A stretch of 63,464 nucleotides of DNA, counting the filler. It is 4 parts of 4 records of this genome, joined end to end, with 100 filler letters (N's around TTAATTAATTAA, not from the genome) between each part and the next. Parts side by side here need not be neighbours in the genome. Positions count along the whole stretch, not along the records: positions 1 to 31,470 come from SRR20825010_3179; positions 31,571 to 39,146 come from SRR20825010_3184; 2 more parts are not named here. One strand, written 5' to 3'. Each line of letters begins with the position of its first letter. Position 1 is the stretch's first letter. The translations under genes and the position numbers were made by a program. Positions 24,805 through 36,200 of this stretch are shown here, piece after piece. The notes beneath the pieces are model-generated. The model worked only from the letters and a program-made list of their open reading frames with translations. It was not told where the DNA came from and ran no database searches.

Positions 24805-27800
24805 ATGATTAGTGCCTGGTTGCTGGTCTTAATTTCCATCACCTACATTTCGATTCTTTTTGTTATTGCCTGGGCCGGCGACAAGCATCCTGGTCTCTAC
24901 CGTCGCCGACTGGCACGTACCCATATCTATGCTCTGTCACTGGCGGTCTACTTCACCTCCTGGACGTTTTACGGTGCCGTAGGCCGAGCCACTCAGGAGG
25001 GGCTCGGCTTTTTGCCAATCTATCTCGGCCCGTTACTCGTTTTTGTCTTTGGCGCTCCCCTGTTGCGCCGTATCATCTTCATCAGCAAGCGCAACAACAC
25101 CACCTCGATTGCGGACTTCATAGCATCCCGTTATGGCAAATCCCAGTCACTCGCCGCCATGGTGGCAATCTTCGCGCTGATCGGCAGTGTTCCTTACATC
25201 GCCCTGCAGCTTAAAGCCATCTCCATGGGCTTTAGCGTCCTCTCGGACACTGGCGTGGAACCCAATGAACTCAGTACCGCTGCGTGGAACGATTCGGCCT
25301 GGTATATCACGCTGGTACTCGCAGTATTTACCGTCCTGTTCGGTACCCGACACCTCGAGTCAACCGAGCACCACCGGGGCATGATACAGGCAGTGGCCTT
25401 TGAGTCGTTGATAAAGCTCGTGGCCTTCGTGGCCGTTGGCCTGTTCGTTATCTATGGTCTTTATGGCGGCTTCGGTGATCTCTGGGGCAATGTCCGCAGC
25501 GCCGGGCTCGTCGGCACACTGACCACCGACAGCGTAGAGGCTCCGGCTTTTATTACCCAAACGCTGGTGGCCATGCTGGCAATCATCTGCCTACCCCGAC
25601 AGTTCCATGTCATGGTGGTGGAAAACACCGACCACCGGGATTTTGAAACCGCCCGCTGGGCGATGCCGATTTACCTGATTATTGCCAGCGCCTTTGTTCT
25701 ACCTATTGCGGCAGCAGGCTTGTTGTCCCCGGAAGCCAGCGCGTCCGATCCGGACATTCTGATTCTGAACCTGCCAATTCTGGCCGGAGAACAATGGCTC
25801 GCTATCCTGGCATTCCTGGGCGGTGGATCAGCGGCGGCAGCAATGGTCATCGTCTGTTCGGTCGCCATCGCAACCATGGTCAGCAACGAAATCATCATGC
25901 CGGCGCTGCTGAAGTTCTTCCGCCCCGGCATGAACAAACGTTCCGATCTCAGCTACCTGCTACTCAGCATTCGACGGGTTGCTATCTTCGTGGTGCTACT
26001 CACTGCCTACGGGTTCTATCGCATGGCAGGAGCGGATTACAGCCTGACGGCCTTCGGGCTGCTCTCATTCGCCGCAGCGGCCCAGTTCGGGCCTGCACTT
26101 GTCGGAGGTATCCTCTGGCGCAAGGGCAACCATACCGGCGCTGTCTGGGGCCTTGGTCTTGGTTTCCTGATGTGGTGCTATACCCTGTTGTTACCCGCCT
26201 TGGCATCCACTGGCTGGTTAAGCGATACCCTTATTGATCATGGGGTTTGGGGCATTAACTGGACAAGGCCCACGGCTCTTTTCGGTTCTGAACTTGATCA
26301 GACCAGCCACGGCATTATCTGGAGCCTGGGCATCAACACCGTTACCTACATCGTTCTCTCGATGCTGACCCGCCAACGGGTGCGGGAAAAGATCCAGATC
26401 GCCTCGTTCTTCCACGATCCCCAACCGAGAGCTGAGACGCCGCAGCAACAGAGCTGGCAGGGTGAAATCTTGACCTCTGATCTGCAGGCAATCTCCGACC
26501 GTTTCATGGGGGAAGAGCGAGCCGAAGCCATCTTCCGCAACTACGAGCGGCGCAACGCCATTCGCCTGCACCCTCATAGGCCAGCTTCGTCACACCTGAT
26601 GAAGTTCATTGAGCGGCAACTGGCATCGGTTATCGGGGCGTCCACGGCACGCGTGGTACTGGAGTCCACGCTCACCGGGCGGGACATGCAGATCGAGGAC
26701 GTCGTGAGCATCGTCGATGAAGCCTCGCAGGCCATGACCTTCAGCCGGGAATTACTGCAATCGGCAATTGAAAACATCAGCCTGGGTGTTTCCGTCGTGA
26801 ACCACCAACAACAGCTGGTGGTATGGAACCACCGCTACCTGGAGCAATTCAGCTACCCGAAGGGCTTCGTCCGGGTCGGCCGTCCGGTGGAAGACCTGAT
26901 GCGGTACAACCTGACCAGTGCCAACCTGCCAGCGAGACGAATCGACGAGGTCATTGCTGATCGCTGCGCCAGCATGCGCGAGGGTCGGCCGATGTCCTAC
27001 GAGCGACAACGACCGGACGGCACCGTACTGAGGATTGATGGTAGCCCGATTCCCGGAGGTGGTTACGTAACCACCTTCCAGGACATCACCGCTATGCGAA
27101 GGACCGAGCAAGCGCTGAAGGAAACCAATATCTACCTGGAGCAGCGCGTCAAAGAACGCACCCAGGAACTCCAGGTGATCAATGAGCAGATGCTCAAGGC
27201 GAAATCCGTGGCTGAACAGGCCAACCAGAGCAAAACCCGCTTCCTGGCGTCAGCAAGTCATGACCTTCTCCAACCCCTGAATGCCGCGCGCCTGTTCACC
27301 TCGGCTCTGGCGGGTAAAGCCAGGGATCCTGAAATGACCGAACTGGTGGACCACATTGACAGCTCGCTGGGCGCCGCCGAAGAAATCATCAGCACCCTAT
27401 TGGACATCTCAAAGCTGGACGCCGGTGCACTGGAACCGGATATCGGTGTGTTTCCGGTTAACGAGATCATGCGGCACCTGGCAACCGATTTCTCTGCCAT
27501 CGCAAAAGACCAGGGCCTGGATCTTCATGTTGTCCCCAGCAGCGCCTGGGTACGATCAGACTCAAAACTGCTGCGGCGCGTTATCCAGAATTTTCTTTCC
27601 AACGCCATTCGTTACACCCCAAGTGGGAAAATCCTGCTGGGCTGTCGGCGTCTGAAAGGGTATATCCGCATTGAGGTATGGGATACCGGGCCGGGTATTC
27701 CGGAAGACCAGCTTACTCACATCTTCGAGGAATTCCGTCGTTTTCAGCAGGGCCGGGACAAAAAAGGCCTTGGTCTGGGGCTCGCGATTGTCGACCGCAT

Positions 27801-28323
27801 CTGTGGCATGCTAAATCACCCGGTGAACGTACAGTCAGTTCAGGGACTCGGCAGCGTATTCAGCATCACCGTGCCAGTTGCGCCGGCCGAGCAAAGTGAC
27901 CAGAGCACCACCAAATCTGCACCCGCGTCGCGGCGTGTATCGAGCCTGGGAGGCCTTCACGTGGTCTGTATCGATAATGACCCTGCTATCCTCCATGGCA
28001 TGAGTGCCTTGCTGGATAACTGGCACTGTGACGTGACAACAGCCGAAAGTCTGGAGGATGCTCGGGACAAACTGAACGGCACGAAACCGGACATCATATT
28101 GGCCGACTACCAATTGGACGATAACCGGAATGGGCTCGACGCCATGGACTCATTGAGGGACGAGATCGGCAATGATATACCTGGCATACTCATTACCGGC
28201 TATATGGCTCCGGACGTGAGGGAGGATGCGATCAACAGGGGCTACCAGATCCTTTATAAACCGGTGAAACCAGCCGCATTGCGAGCACTGGTTAACAAGT
28301 TGCTGAAACAGAAACGGTCATGA
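24805..28323 (+). CDS. crbS: SLC5-STAC-PAS hybrid histidine kinase, CrbS/MxtR-like
   Basis: N-terminal symporter-like domain (SWTFYG, PYIALQLKA), STAC-like region, PAS, H-box ASHDLLQPL, HATPase and C-terminal receiver; adjacent to an ActP-like gene. Confidence 0.85.
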   Translation: MISAWLLVLISITYISILFVIAWAGDKHPGLYRRRLARTHIYALSLAVYFTSWTFYGAVGRATQEGLGFLPIYLGPLLVFVFGAPLLRRIIFISKRNNTTSIADFIASRYGKSQSLAAMVAIFALIGSVPYIALQLKAISMGFSVLSDTGVEPNELSTAAWNDSAWYITLVLAVFTVLFGTRHLESTEHHRGMIQAVAFESLIKLVAFVAVGLFVIYGLYGGFGDLWGNVRSAGLVGTLTTDSVEAPAFITQTLVAMLAIICLPRQFHVMVVENTDHRDFETARWAMPIYLIIASAFVLPIAAAGLLSPEASASDPDILILNLPILAGEQWLAILAFLGGGSAAAAMVIVCSVAIATMVSNEIIMPALLKFFRPGMNKRSDLSYLLLSIRRVAIFVVLLTAYGFYRMAGADYSLTAFGLLSFAAAAQFGPALVGGILWRKGNHTGAVWGLGLGFLMWCYTLLLPALASTGWLSDTLIDHGVWGINWTRPTALFGSELDQTSHGIIWSLGINTVTYIVLSMLTRQRVREKIQIASFFHDPQPRAETPQQQSWQGEILTSDLQAISDRFMGEERAEAIFRNYERRNAIRLHPHRPASSHLMKFIERQLASVIGASTARVVLESTLTGRDMQIEDVVSIVDEASQAMTFSRELLQSAIENISLGVSVVNHQQQLVVWNHRYLEQFSYPKGFVRVGRPVEDLMRYNLTSANLPARRIDEVIADRCASMREGRPMSYERQRPDGTVLRIDGSPIPGGGYVTTFQDITAMRRTEQALKETNIYLEQRVKERTQELQVINEQMLKAKSVAEQANQSKTRFLASASHDLLQPLNAARLFTSALAGKARDPEMTELVDHIDSSLGAAEEIISTLLDISKLDAGALEPDIGVFPVNEIMRHLATDFSAIAKDQGLDLHVVPSSAWVRSDSKLLRRVIQNFLSNAIRYTPSGKILLGCRRLKGYIRIEVWDTGPGIPEDQLTHIFEEFRRFQQGRDKKGLGLGLAIVDRICGMLNHPVNVQSVQGLGSVFSITVPVAPAEQSDQSTTKSAPASRRVSSLGGLHVVCIDNDPAILHGMSALLDNWHCDVTTAESLEDARDKLNGTKPDIILADYQLDDNRNGLDAMDSLRDEIGNDIPGILITGYMAPDVREDAINRGYQILYKPVKPAALRALVNKLLKQKRS

Positions 28324-29960
28324 CCGAACCCACGAGCAATGCCATCGGCGCCAACTTCGGGAAACTCAGTTACCTGGTCGTCGACGACTTTGAGAACTTT
28401 CGATTGTCCATGCGGCAAATCTTGCGGAATTGCGGCGCCGACAAGATCGAGTCGGTCGCCAACGCATCCGCTGCCGTCCAGTATTGTGCCTATAACCACG
28501 TAGACGTGGTGCTTTGCGACTACAACCTGGGTGAGGGCAAGAACGGCCAGCATATACTCGAGGAGCTCCGGCACAAGAAACTCCTGAAACGCTCTTCGCT
28601 GTTTCTGATGGTGACCGCCGAAACCTCCAAGGAGATGGTGATGGGCGCCCGGGAATACCAACCTGACGGCTACCTCACCAAGCCCATCAACCGTGCCATG
28701 CTTGAAAAGCGACTGGGCGGCCTTATCGCGCAACGCAATGCCCTGCTTCCGATCAACCGGGAGATCGATCGGGAAAACTTCCCCGAGGCCATTTCTCTAT
28801 GCCTGCAGACGCTACCCTCGCAACCTCGCTACAAGACCTGGCTAATGAAAACGCTGGCCGACCTCTATTATCAGGTTGGAGACTTCAGCCATGCCCTGAA
28901 AATCCATGACGATGTACTGAGCCAGCGCGATCTGTCCTGGGCACGGCTTGGTCGTGGCAAAATTCTGATTGCCAACCAGAATTATGATGAAGCGGCGGCA
29001 ACCTTGAAAGCACTGGTGTCTCAGCATCCGGATTACATGGAAGCGTATGATCTTCTTGCCGAGGCTCTCGAAAAACAGGGCCGGCCCACCCAAGCCCAAC
29101 AGATTCTTGAGAAGGCGGCAGAGCACTCCCCTAACGCGCTGTTGCGACACAAGCACCTGGCCGTACTTGCCTCGTCCAATCAAGACATGCCGACAGCGTC
29201 CAAAGCCTGGCGGCAGACCGTCAGCCTTGGCACCTACTCGATACACGACAACTCCGAACACTATCTTGCATTGGGCCAGTCACTGTCAGACCTCAGTGAA
29301 GGGGACTCGTCAAATGAGGGCACAGCCCATGCGGACGAAGCTCTGACCATACTCCGACGTATGGAAAAGCGGTTTGCCGGACAGGAAAACATTAAGCTGC
29401 GTAGCCGAATTGTCCAGTCCCGGGTTCATGCCGGCCAGGACCGAATGAATGAAGCCCAAAATGCTCTAGACAGCGTTGCGGACGAACTCGACCCTGATCT
29501 AATGCCTCCCGAAGCCTGCCTTGACTACGCCAAGACGCTGTTCCGTCTGGGCCGGGAGGCCGATGCCAAGGGCCTGCTCAATGCCCTTGCCCTTCGTTGC
29601 AGCGATAACCCTCCGCTATTGCAGAAAATCGAGAGCTTACTCGATGAACCGGTGGGCTTCCGACAAAAACTTCAAGCCCGGTCTCTGAATCGTGAAGGCA
29701 TCAAGGCGTTCGAGGCAGGCAATCTGGAAGAGGCCGTGACCACATTCAACCGGGCACTGGATATCGTGCCCTCCCACGCCTCTCTCAATTTGAACCTGGT
29801 ACAGGTATTGATGAAGCAATATCAGGGTACAGCAGGTGATCGAGAGCTTTTGAAGCGCTGTGAAAAATGCCTGGAAAAACTCGCTGATCTGCCAGAACAA
29901 CATCGCCAGCACCGACGCCTGATCTCTTTGCGCAAGAAACTGGAGGGAATGATGTCATGA
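28320..29960 (+). CDS. Response regulator with TPR repeats
   Basis: REC domain (VVDD, LCDYNL, TKP) followed by TPR-like helices; ATGA overlap with crbS. Confidence 0.85.
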   Translation: MTEPTSNAIGANFGKLSYLVVDDFENFRLSMRQILRNCGADKIESVANASAAVQYCAYNHVDVVLCDYNLGEGKNGQHILEELRHKKLLKRSSLFLMVTAETSKEMVMGAREYQPDGYLTKPINRAMLEKRLGGLIAQRNALLPINREIDRENFPEAISLCLQTLPSQPRYKTWLMKTLADLYYQVGDFSHALKIHDDVLSQRDLSWARLGRGKILIANQNYDEAAATLKALVSQHPDYMEAYDLLAEALEKQGRPTQAQQILEKAAEHSPNALLRHKHLAVLASSNQDMPTASKAWRQTVSLGTYSIHDNSEHYLALGQSLSDLSEGDSSNEGTAHADEALTILRRMEKRFAGQENIKLRSRIVQSRVHAGQDRMNEAQNALDSVADELDPDLMPPEACLDYAKTLFRLGREADAKGLLNALALRCSDNPPLLQKIESLLDEPVGFRQKLQARSLNREGIKAFEAGNLEEAVTTFNRALDIVPSHASLNLNLVQVLMKQYQGTAGDRELLKRCEKCLEKLADLPEQHRQHRRLISLRKKLEGMMS

Positions 29961-30673
29961 CCACCAATGATCATGATGAGTTGACTCACCCCCGAGGTAC
30001 ACAGAGCATCGACTTTTCAATGGTGCTGGCCTCAGCCGTCCATGACATGAAGAATTCGCTGGGCATGTTGCTGAACTCCCTGGATGAGCTTCGCCAGGAG
30101 CAGACAGACACCATCGGCGATTCTCCCCGCTTCAACACCCTGCAGTATGAAGCCGAACGCATGCACAACGATCTGGTGCAGTTGCTGGGCATCTACAGGC
30201 TCGGCGAAAACAACCTGTCCGCACATGTTGAGGAGCACTTCGTTCCGGACTTCCTGGCCCAGCAAATGGCACGCCATACGCCGCTTCTTGAGGGCATGGG
30301 GATCGAGCTGGCGATCGAATCCGATGATATCAATGGCTTCTTCGATGAGGACCTGCTGACCGGTGTACTCAACAACACCATCAACAACGCCATCCGATAC
30401 ACCAAGAGTATGATCAAGCTGACAGCGGCGATGCATAATGATTTTCTGGTTATTGGCGTGGAAGATGACGGCGACGGATACCCGGAAAACATGCAGCACA
30501 ATGGAACGCCCAGCTTCAAATCCCTGAACTTCAACAGTGGAAGTACCAGCCTTGGGTTGTTCTTCGCATCATCGGTTGCCCAGCTTCATAGCAATGGTGA
30601 CCGCCATGGATATATCAAGCTGCACAATGATGGCCGCCTGGGCGGTGGCGTATTCGAGATCTGGCTGCCATGA
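29957..30673 (+). CDS. Soluble histidine kinase lacking a sensor domain
   Basis: VHDMKNSL H-box, NAIRY N-box, DDGDG and SLGL motifs; ATGA overlap with the upstream gene. Confidence 0.85.
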   Translation: MTTNDHDELTHPRGTQSIDFSMVLASAVHDMKNSLGMLLNSLDELRQEQTDTIGDSPRFNTLQYEAERMHNDLVQLLGIYRLGENNLSAHVEEHFVPDFLAQQMARHTPLLEGMGIELAIESDDINGFFDEDLLTGVLNNTINNAIRYTKSMIKLTAAMHNDFLVIGVEDDGDGYPENMQHNGTPSFKSLNFNSGSTSLGLFFASSVAQLHSNGDRHGYIKLHNDGRLGGGVFEIWLP

Positions 30674-30706
30674 TGGAACACAGCCAACACTTCAGGAAGG
30701 GAACCA

Positions 30707-31450
30707 ATGGCTCGAGGTCACGCTTTAATTGTCGATGATTCGTCGACGGCACGCATCATCCTGGCCCGCCTGCTGGAACGCGCCGACCTGACGACAAAAG
30801 GCGTCGCCAGCGCTGAGGAAGGCCTCACACAGTTACGTGAAGAGGCTTTCGACCTGGTTTTCCTGGACCACCTCTTGCCCGGAATGAATGGCTTGGAAGC
30901 CCTGGATGTGATCAAGGCGGACTCTGAGCTACGGCACATCCCGGTTTTCATGTACACATCGCAAAGCGCGGAACGTTATCGTCAGGATGCCAAGGCCCGT
31001 GGTGCCGCTGGTGTGATTGGCAAACAGGTTGATCGGGAACAACTCCTTACCACTATCGAGGCTATCCTGACAGATGCCTCCGCCTTGCCTAGTCTGTCGC
31101 CAATCGACAATACCACTGGCGAACTCATTGAACAAAGCTACACAAGACGACTGACAGGACGGCTCGCCACCCTGGAGATCGCCTATGAGGAAACGCACGA
31201 CGAACTCAGGCAGCTGCGCAAAAGTGTTGCCCTATTGGAAGCCATGCATCAGGAAGGTCTTGACGGGCAGCGCAACCGACTGAAGTGGCTGGCGATTGGC
31301 AGTGTCGCCGGCCTCGCAGGTATCGTTCTCTTCTTCGGTCTGGAATTGAGAGACCTGTCGATCTTGCTTGAAAGCCTGAACGGACAACTGGCCGTTATGC
31401 AGGAAATCGTAGGTAGCCTGGTTGAACTCGAGGAAGTGAGCAGGCAATAA
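30707..31450 (+). CDS. CheY-like receiver with coiled coil and C-terminal TM helix
   Basis: IVDDS and FLDHLLPGMNG receiver motifs; hydrophobic WLAIGSVAGLAGIVLFFGL segment. Confidence 0.8.
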   Translation: MARGHALIVDDSSTARIILARLLERADLTTKGVASAEEGLTQLREEAFDLVFLDHLLPGMNGLEALDVIKADSELRHIPVFMYTSQSAERYRQDAKARGAAGVIGKQVDREQLLTTIEAILTDASALPSLSPIDNTTGELIEQSYTRRLTGRLATLEIAYEETHDELRQLRKSVALLEAMHQEGLDGQRNRLKWLAIGSVAGLAGIVLFFGLELRDLSILLESLNGQLAVMQEIVGSLVELEEVSRQ

Positions 31451-31470
31451 AAAACCCCCGTCGGCGAAGC

Positions 31471-31570
31471 NNNNNNNNNNNNNNNNNNNNNNNNNNNNNN
31501 NNNNNNNNNNNNNNTTAATTAATTAANNNNNNNNNNNNNNNNNNNNNNNNNNNNNNNNNNNNNNNNNNNN
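31471..31570. other. Artificial contig spacer
   Basis: N44-TTAATTAATTAA-N44, with stops in all six frames. Confidence 0.99.
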
Positions 31571-32779
31571 ATGCACGCCAAAGCGATGCTGTTCATCAAC
31601 CACGGCAAAGGCGAGGTCCTTAAACACAACGTCATCCTGAAACAGTGCATGCGTTCCAACGGCAATCTGGACGTCACCATTTGCGAACCCTTCAAGAGTG
31701 GTTTTACGCGATTTTCCTTTATCCCGACCGGTCAAGATTGCACAGGTAATGCCGATTTTTTCGAGTAACGGCGAGATCGTTTCAAAATGCTGACGCGCCA
31801 GAATTTCCGTTGGCGCCATTAAAGCAGCCTGACGACTGCATTCCACGGCATTCAGCATCGCCATTAAGGCCACAACGGTTTTGCCTGATCCAACGTCACC
31901 TTGCAGCAGGCGCAACATGCGGCCTTCGCTGGCCATATCGTCAAAAATCTCGGTTAACGAACGTTGTTGCGCACCGGTCATAGCAAAGGGCAGGTGGCCC
32001 GCCAATCCTTCACGCAGCTTCCCATCGCCCTTGGTAACCCGCCCGCCAAGTTTGCGCATCTTGGCCCGGATCAAGGCCAGTGCGAGCTGATTTGCCAGTA
32101 ATTCGTCATAGGCAAGCCGTTTGCGTGCCGGATGATCTGGTGACAGGTCTGCATCATCTTGCGGGTTATGGACAGTATGTAACGCGCTTAGCAGATCTGG
32201 CCATTTATGCCGGGCAACCAATGCCGGATCATGCCATTCCGGCAATTCAGGCATTGTTTCCAATGCGGCACGGGTTGCCTTGGTCAAGGTTTTACCGGTG
32301 ACGCCAGCTGACATCGGATACACAGGCTCGACCGTCTGGATTTCATCGCGTTCGGCTTCTGTCCCGATGCGGTCGGGATGGGTAATCTGATATTCACCAC
32401 GATAATGATCGATCTTGCCCGAAATGATGCGCTTTTCGCCAACAGGCAAAACTTCATTAAGGTACTTTGTCCGCGCATTAAAGAATGCCAGAACAAGCGA
32501 TCCGTTTTGGGTTTTGCAAATCACACGATACGGTCGGCGGCGGTTGGGTGAGGGATCGTGACGCTCGACCCAGACATCCATGGTCACGACAGACCCATCG
32601 ATGGTTTCCTCCAACGGCGGGGAAAACCGACGATCAATGATCCCCGATGGCAAATGCCACAGCAAATCAACGACATGTTCGCCAGCAATCAACCGCGCAA
32701 CAAGCGGCTTTAACCGCGGCCCGATACCAGGAAGGGTGTCAATTTCAGCAAAAAGCGGGAACAGGATTTCCGGGCGCAT
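31571..32779 (-). CDS. recG: ATP-dependent DNA helicase RecG, 3' end truncated by the contig edge
   Basis: MRPEILFPLF start typical of alphaproteobacteria, LLQGDVGSGKT and VVDEQHRFG motifs. Confidence 0.95.
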
Positions 32780-33007
32780 GTCGGTTTTCGTTGCAACTTT
32801 CGATGAGAACGTTAATAGAACAATTGCGTTTACGTCACGGGTATACAACAAAATTATCCTGCTACAACCGTCAAGTCACCAATTGATGCAAAATCGCCTG
32901 ATCACAGCATGGACCCAGACGGCGTTTTGCCGTACAAACCTTGCCACAGAATAATGTGCGGCAGCCCGGTAACAGGGCGCCCCAAAGAATAAGCCAGGAG
33001 ATCGATC

Positions 33008-33280
33008 ATGACTGAAAACATTTCGGAACTTGAAATGCGGCGCAAGAAGCTGCTGTTCCGTGGCAGCCATCGCGGCACCAAAGAAAACGATATCCTGATG
33101 GGGCGCTTTATGGACAAGCATCTCAACACTTTGACTGAAGACCAGCTTGATGCCTTTGAAGTGCTGATTAACGAAGTCCCGGATGCGGATTTCTTTAAAT
33201 GGGCGACGGGCAAGGAAGCGGCACCCGCGCAGTACGATACCGACGTATTGCAGATGATTCAGGAATTGAGCAACGCCTGA
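33008..33280 (+). CDS. sdhE: Succinate dehydrogenase flavinylation factor
   Basis: RGTKEND motif; recG-sdhE-mfd synteny. Confidence 0.92.
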   Translation: MTENISELEMRRKKLLFRGSHRGTKENDILMGRFMDKHLNTLTEDQLDAFEVLINEVPDADFFKWATGKEAAPAQYDTDVLQMIQELSNA

Positions 33281-33287
33281 TAATCCA

Positions 33288-36200
33288 TTGAATAAAAGCA
33301 AAGAAATCATATCGACCAAAGGTCGCAAACGTGTTGGCGGGGTCCCCGAAGGTTCTGACGCCCTGATCCTGCGTGAGCTATTGGAGGCAGCGGAAAAGAA
33401 CGCAACCATCCTGCATATTGCGCGCGATGACAAACGCATGTCGCAATTGGCAGAAGCATTGCGCTTTTTTGCCGGCGAAGTCGAAGTTTTGACTCTGCCG
33501 GCTTGGGATTGCCTTCCATATGATCGTGTTTCACCGATTTCAGAAGTCACCGCACGCCGTATTGAAACCCTGACCACGCTGTCAGAAGGAACCAAACCGG
33601 CGGCTGGCTTTGGACGTATCGTGCTAACAACAGCGGCGGCTGCGGTGCAGCGTGTTCCGCGTGTTGATGTGATGCGCAAAGGTAAGCTCGCCTTCAAAGC
33701 TGGCACAGAATATGACCGCACGGAACTGACCGTGTATTTTGAACGCATGGGCTACAACCGGGCTGAACAGGTGATGGAACCCGGTGATTATGCCGTTCGG
33801 GGTGATATAGTTGATATCTTTGCCCCTGGCATGAAAGACCCGGTACGTCTTGATTTCTTTGGCGATGAAATCGAAAGCATCCGCCGATTTGACGTTGAAA
33901 GCCAACGCACCGTCGGCAAGGTTAAAGAAATCGCACTTCTTCCGGTGGGCGAAGTGTTTCTTGATCCTGACAGTATTTCGCGTTTCCGCAGCGGATATCG
34001 TGAATTATTTGGCGCGGTATCTCAAACCGATCCGCTCTATGAATCGATCTCGAACGGCCTGAAATATGGTGGCATGGAACACTGGATGCCGCTGTTCCAT
34101 GACGGGCTTGATACGATATTTGCTTATTTGCCAGACAGCATTGTCACCCTTGATTATCAGTACAGCGAAGTTATCGAAAACCGTCTTGAGATGATTGACG
34201 ATTACTATCAGGCACGCCTGAACATCAAGGGCGGCGGGCTTGCCGGTGATAACGTTTATAAGCCGGTTCCGACAGAACGACTTTATCTTGATCATGCCGA
34301 ATTTGACCGAATGTTATCGGATCGGACTGTTTTGGAATATTCGCCGTACTACGACGATGAAAACCCCGAACGCGGGATTTTTGATCTTGGCGCACGGGCC
34401 GGGCGGGACTTTGGCGATGTGCGTGCGCGTGCGGACACCAATCTTTATGATGAACTGCGTGATTTTATCACGGCCCAGCGTGGCAAAGAAAATCAGGTAG
34501 TAATCGCAACCTATTCCGATGGTTCACGTGACCGGATCGTGTCGTTGTTACGCGAGCATGGCGTTGGCAAGGTTGTGCCTTGCGAATGCTGGGAAGACGT
34601 CATTGATGATCTTAGCCATGAGCATGTTGGCGTTGTCATCCTTGATATCGAACGTGGTTTCCGTCGCAAGGGCCTTTGGTTTGTAACCGAACAGGACATC
34701 CTTGGCGACCGTATGAGTCGCCCGGGTGGTCGCCGCCGCAAGGCGGACAACTTCCTGCGCGAAGCATCGGAAATTTCCGAAGGCGATATTGTTGTTCATC
34801 TGGAACACGGTATCGGCCGTTATCTTGGCCTGAAAACCGTGACAGCCGGTGGTGCCCCGCATGATTGCCTTGAGTTGGAATATGATGGCGGTGACAAGCT
34901 GTTTGTGCCGGTTGAAAACATCGAAGTGCTGTCACGCTATGGCTCGGACGAGGGCTTATCGATCCTTGATAAGCTGGGCGGTGTTGCTTGGCAGGCCCGC
35001 AAAGCCAAATTGCGCGAACGTATTCGCGATATGGCTGGTAAACTGATCAAGGTTGCTGCCGAACGTCATCTGCGCAAAGGCGCTGTTTTGCAAGCACCCG
35101 AAGGCAATTATGACGAATTCTGTGCCGGTTTCCCGTTTGCCGAGACCGAAGATCAGGCGCGGGCGATTAACGATACGCTAGATGACCTTTCCGCGGGTAA
35201 GCCAATGGATCGGCTTGTGTGTGGTGATGTTGGCTTTGGCAAAACCGAAGTTGCGATGCGTGCGGCTTTTGCCGCGGTGATGTCAGGGAAACAGGTTGCC
35301 ATCGTTGCACCGACAACTCTTTTGTGCCGACAGCATTATCTGAACTTCAAGCAACGATTTGATGGCCTGCCGGTTCGGGTGGAGCAACTTTCACGTTTGG
35401 TCACCGGCAAAAACGCAAAACTGGTGAAAGACAATATCGAAAGCGGGCATGTCGATATCGTTTGCGGCACCCATGCGCTTTTGGGCAATGGCGTTCATTT
35501 CAAGGACCTTGGTCTTTTGGTCGTGGATGAAGAACAGCATTTCGGGGTTAAGCACAAAGAACGCTTAAAAGAACTGAAATCCGATGTTCACGTCCTGACC
35601 TTGACGGCAACACCGATCCCAAGGACCTTGCAGCTTGCTTTGACCGGGGTGAAGGAACTGTCGATCATTGCCACGCCGCCAGTCGACCGATTGGCTGTCC
35701 GAACCTATATCACGCCCTATGACCCGGTTGTTGTGCGCGAAGCAATTTTGCGCGAACGTCATCGTGGTGGTCAGATATTTTATGTTTGCCCGCGCGTTAA
35801 TGAACTCGGCCGGGTGGCCAAGGAACTTGAAAGCCTTGTACCCGAAATCAAGTTTGATGTGGCCCATGGTCAAATGGGTGCCCGTGATCTTGAACAGGTG
35901 ATGACCGATTTCACAGATCGTAAGTTTGACCTGCTGCTTGCGACAAATATCATTGAATCAGGGATCGACGTTCCAAACGCCAATACCATGATCATCCATC
36001 GCGCAGATATGTTTGGGTTGGCGCAGCTTTATCAGCTGCGCGGCCGTATCGGCCGATCCAAGCAACGTGCCTATGCCTATCTCACATTGCCGAACGGTAA
36101 GAAGCTGACCGCAACAGCACTTAAGCGCCTTGAAGTCATGCAAACGCTTGATAACCTTGGTGCCGGGTTCAACCTTGCCAGTCATGATCTTGATATTCGT

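Noticed and set aside
31448-31470. A-tract plus GC arm after the last response regulator
   Set aside because: Probably half of a terminator, but it is cut by the contig end, so the stem cannot be confirmed.
31515-31526. TTAATTAATTAA palindrome repeated three times in the window
   Set aside because: Synthetic six-frame stop linker inside N runs, not biological. ORFs containing X residues that span it are artefacts.
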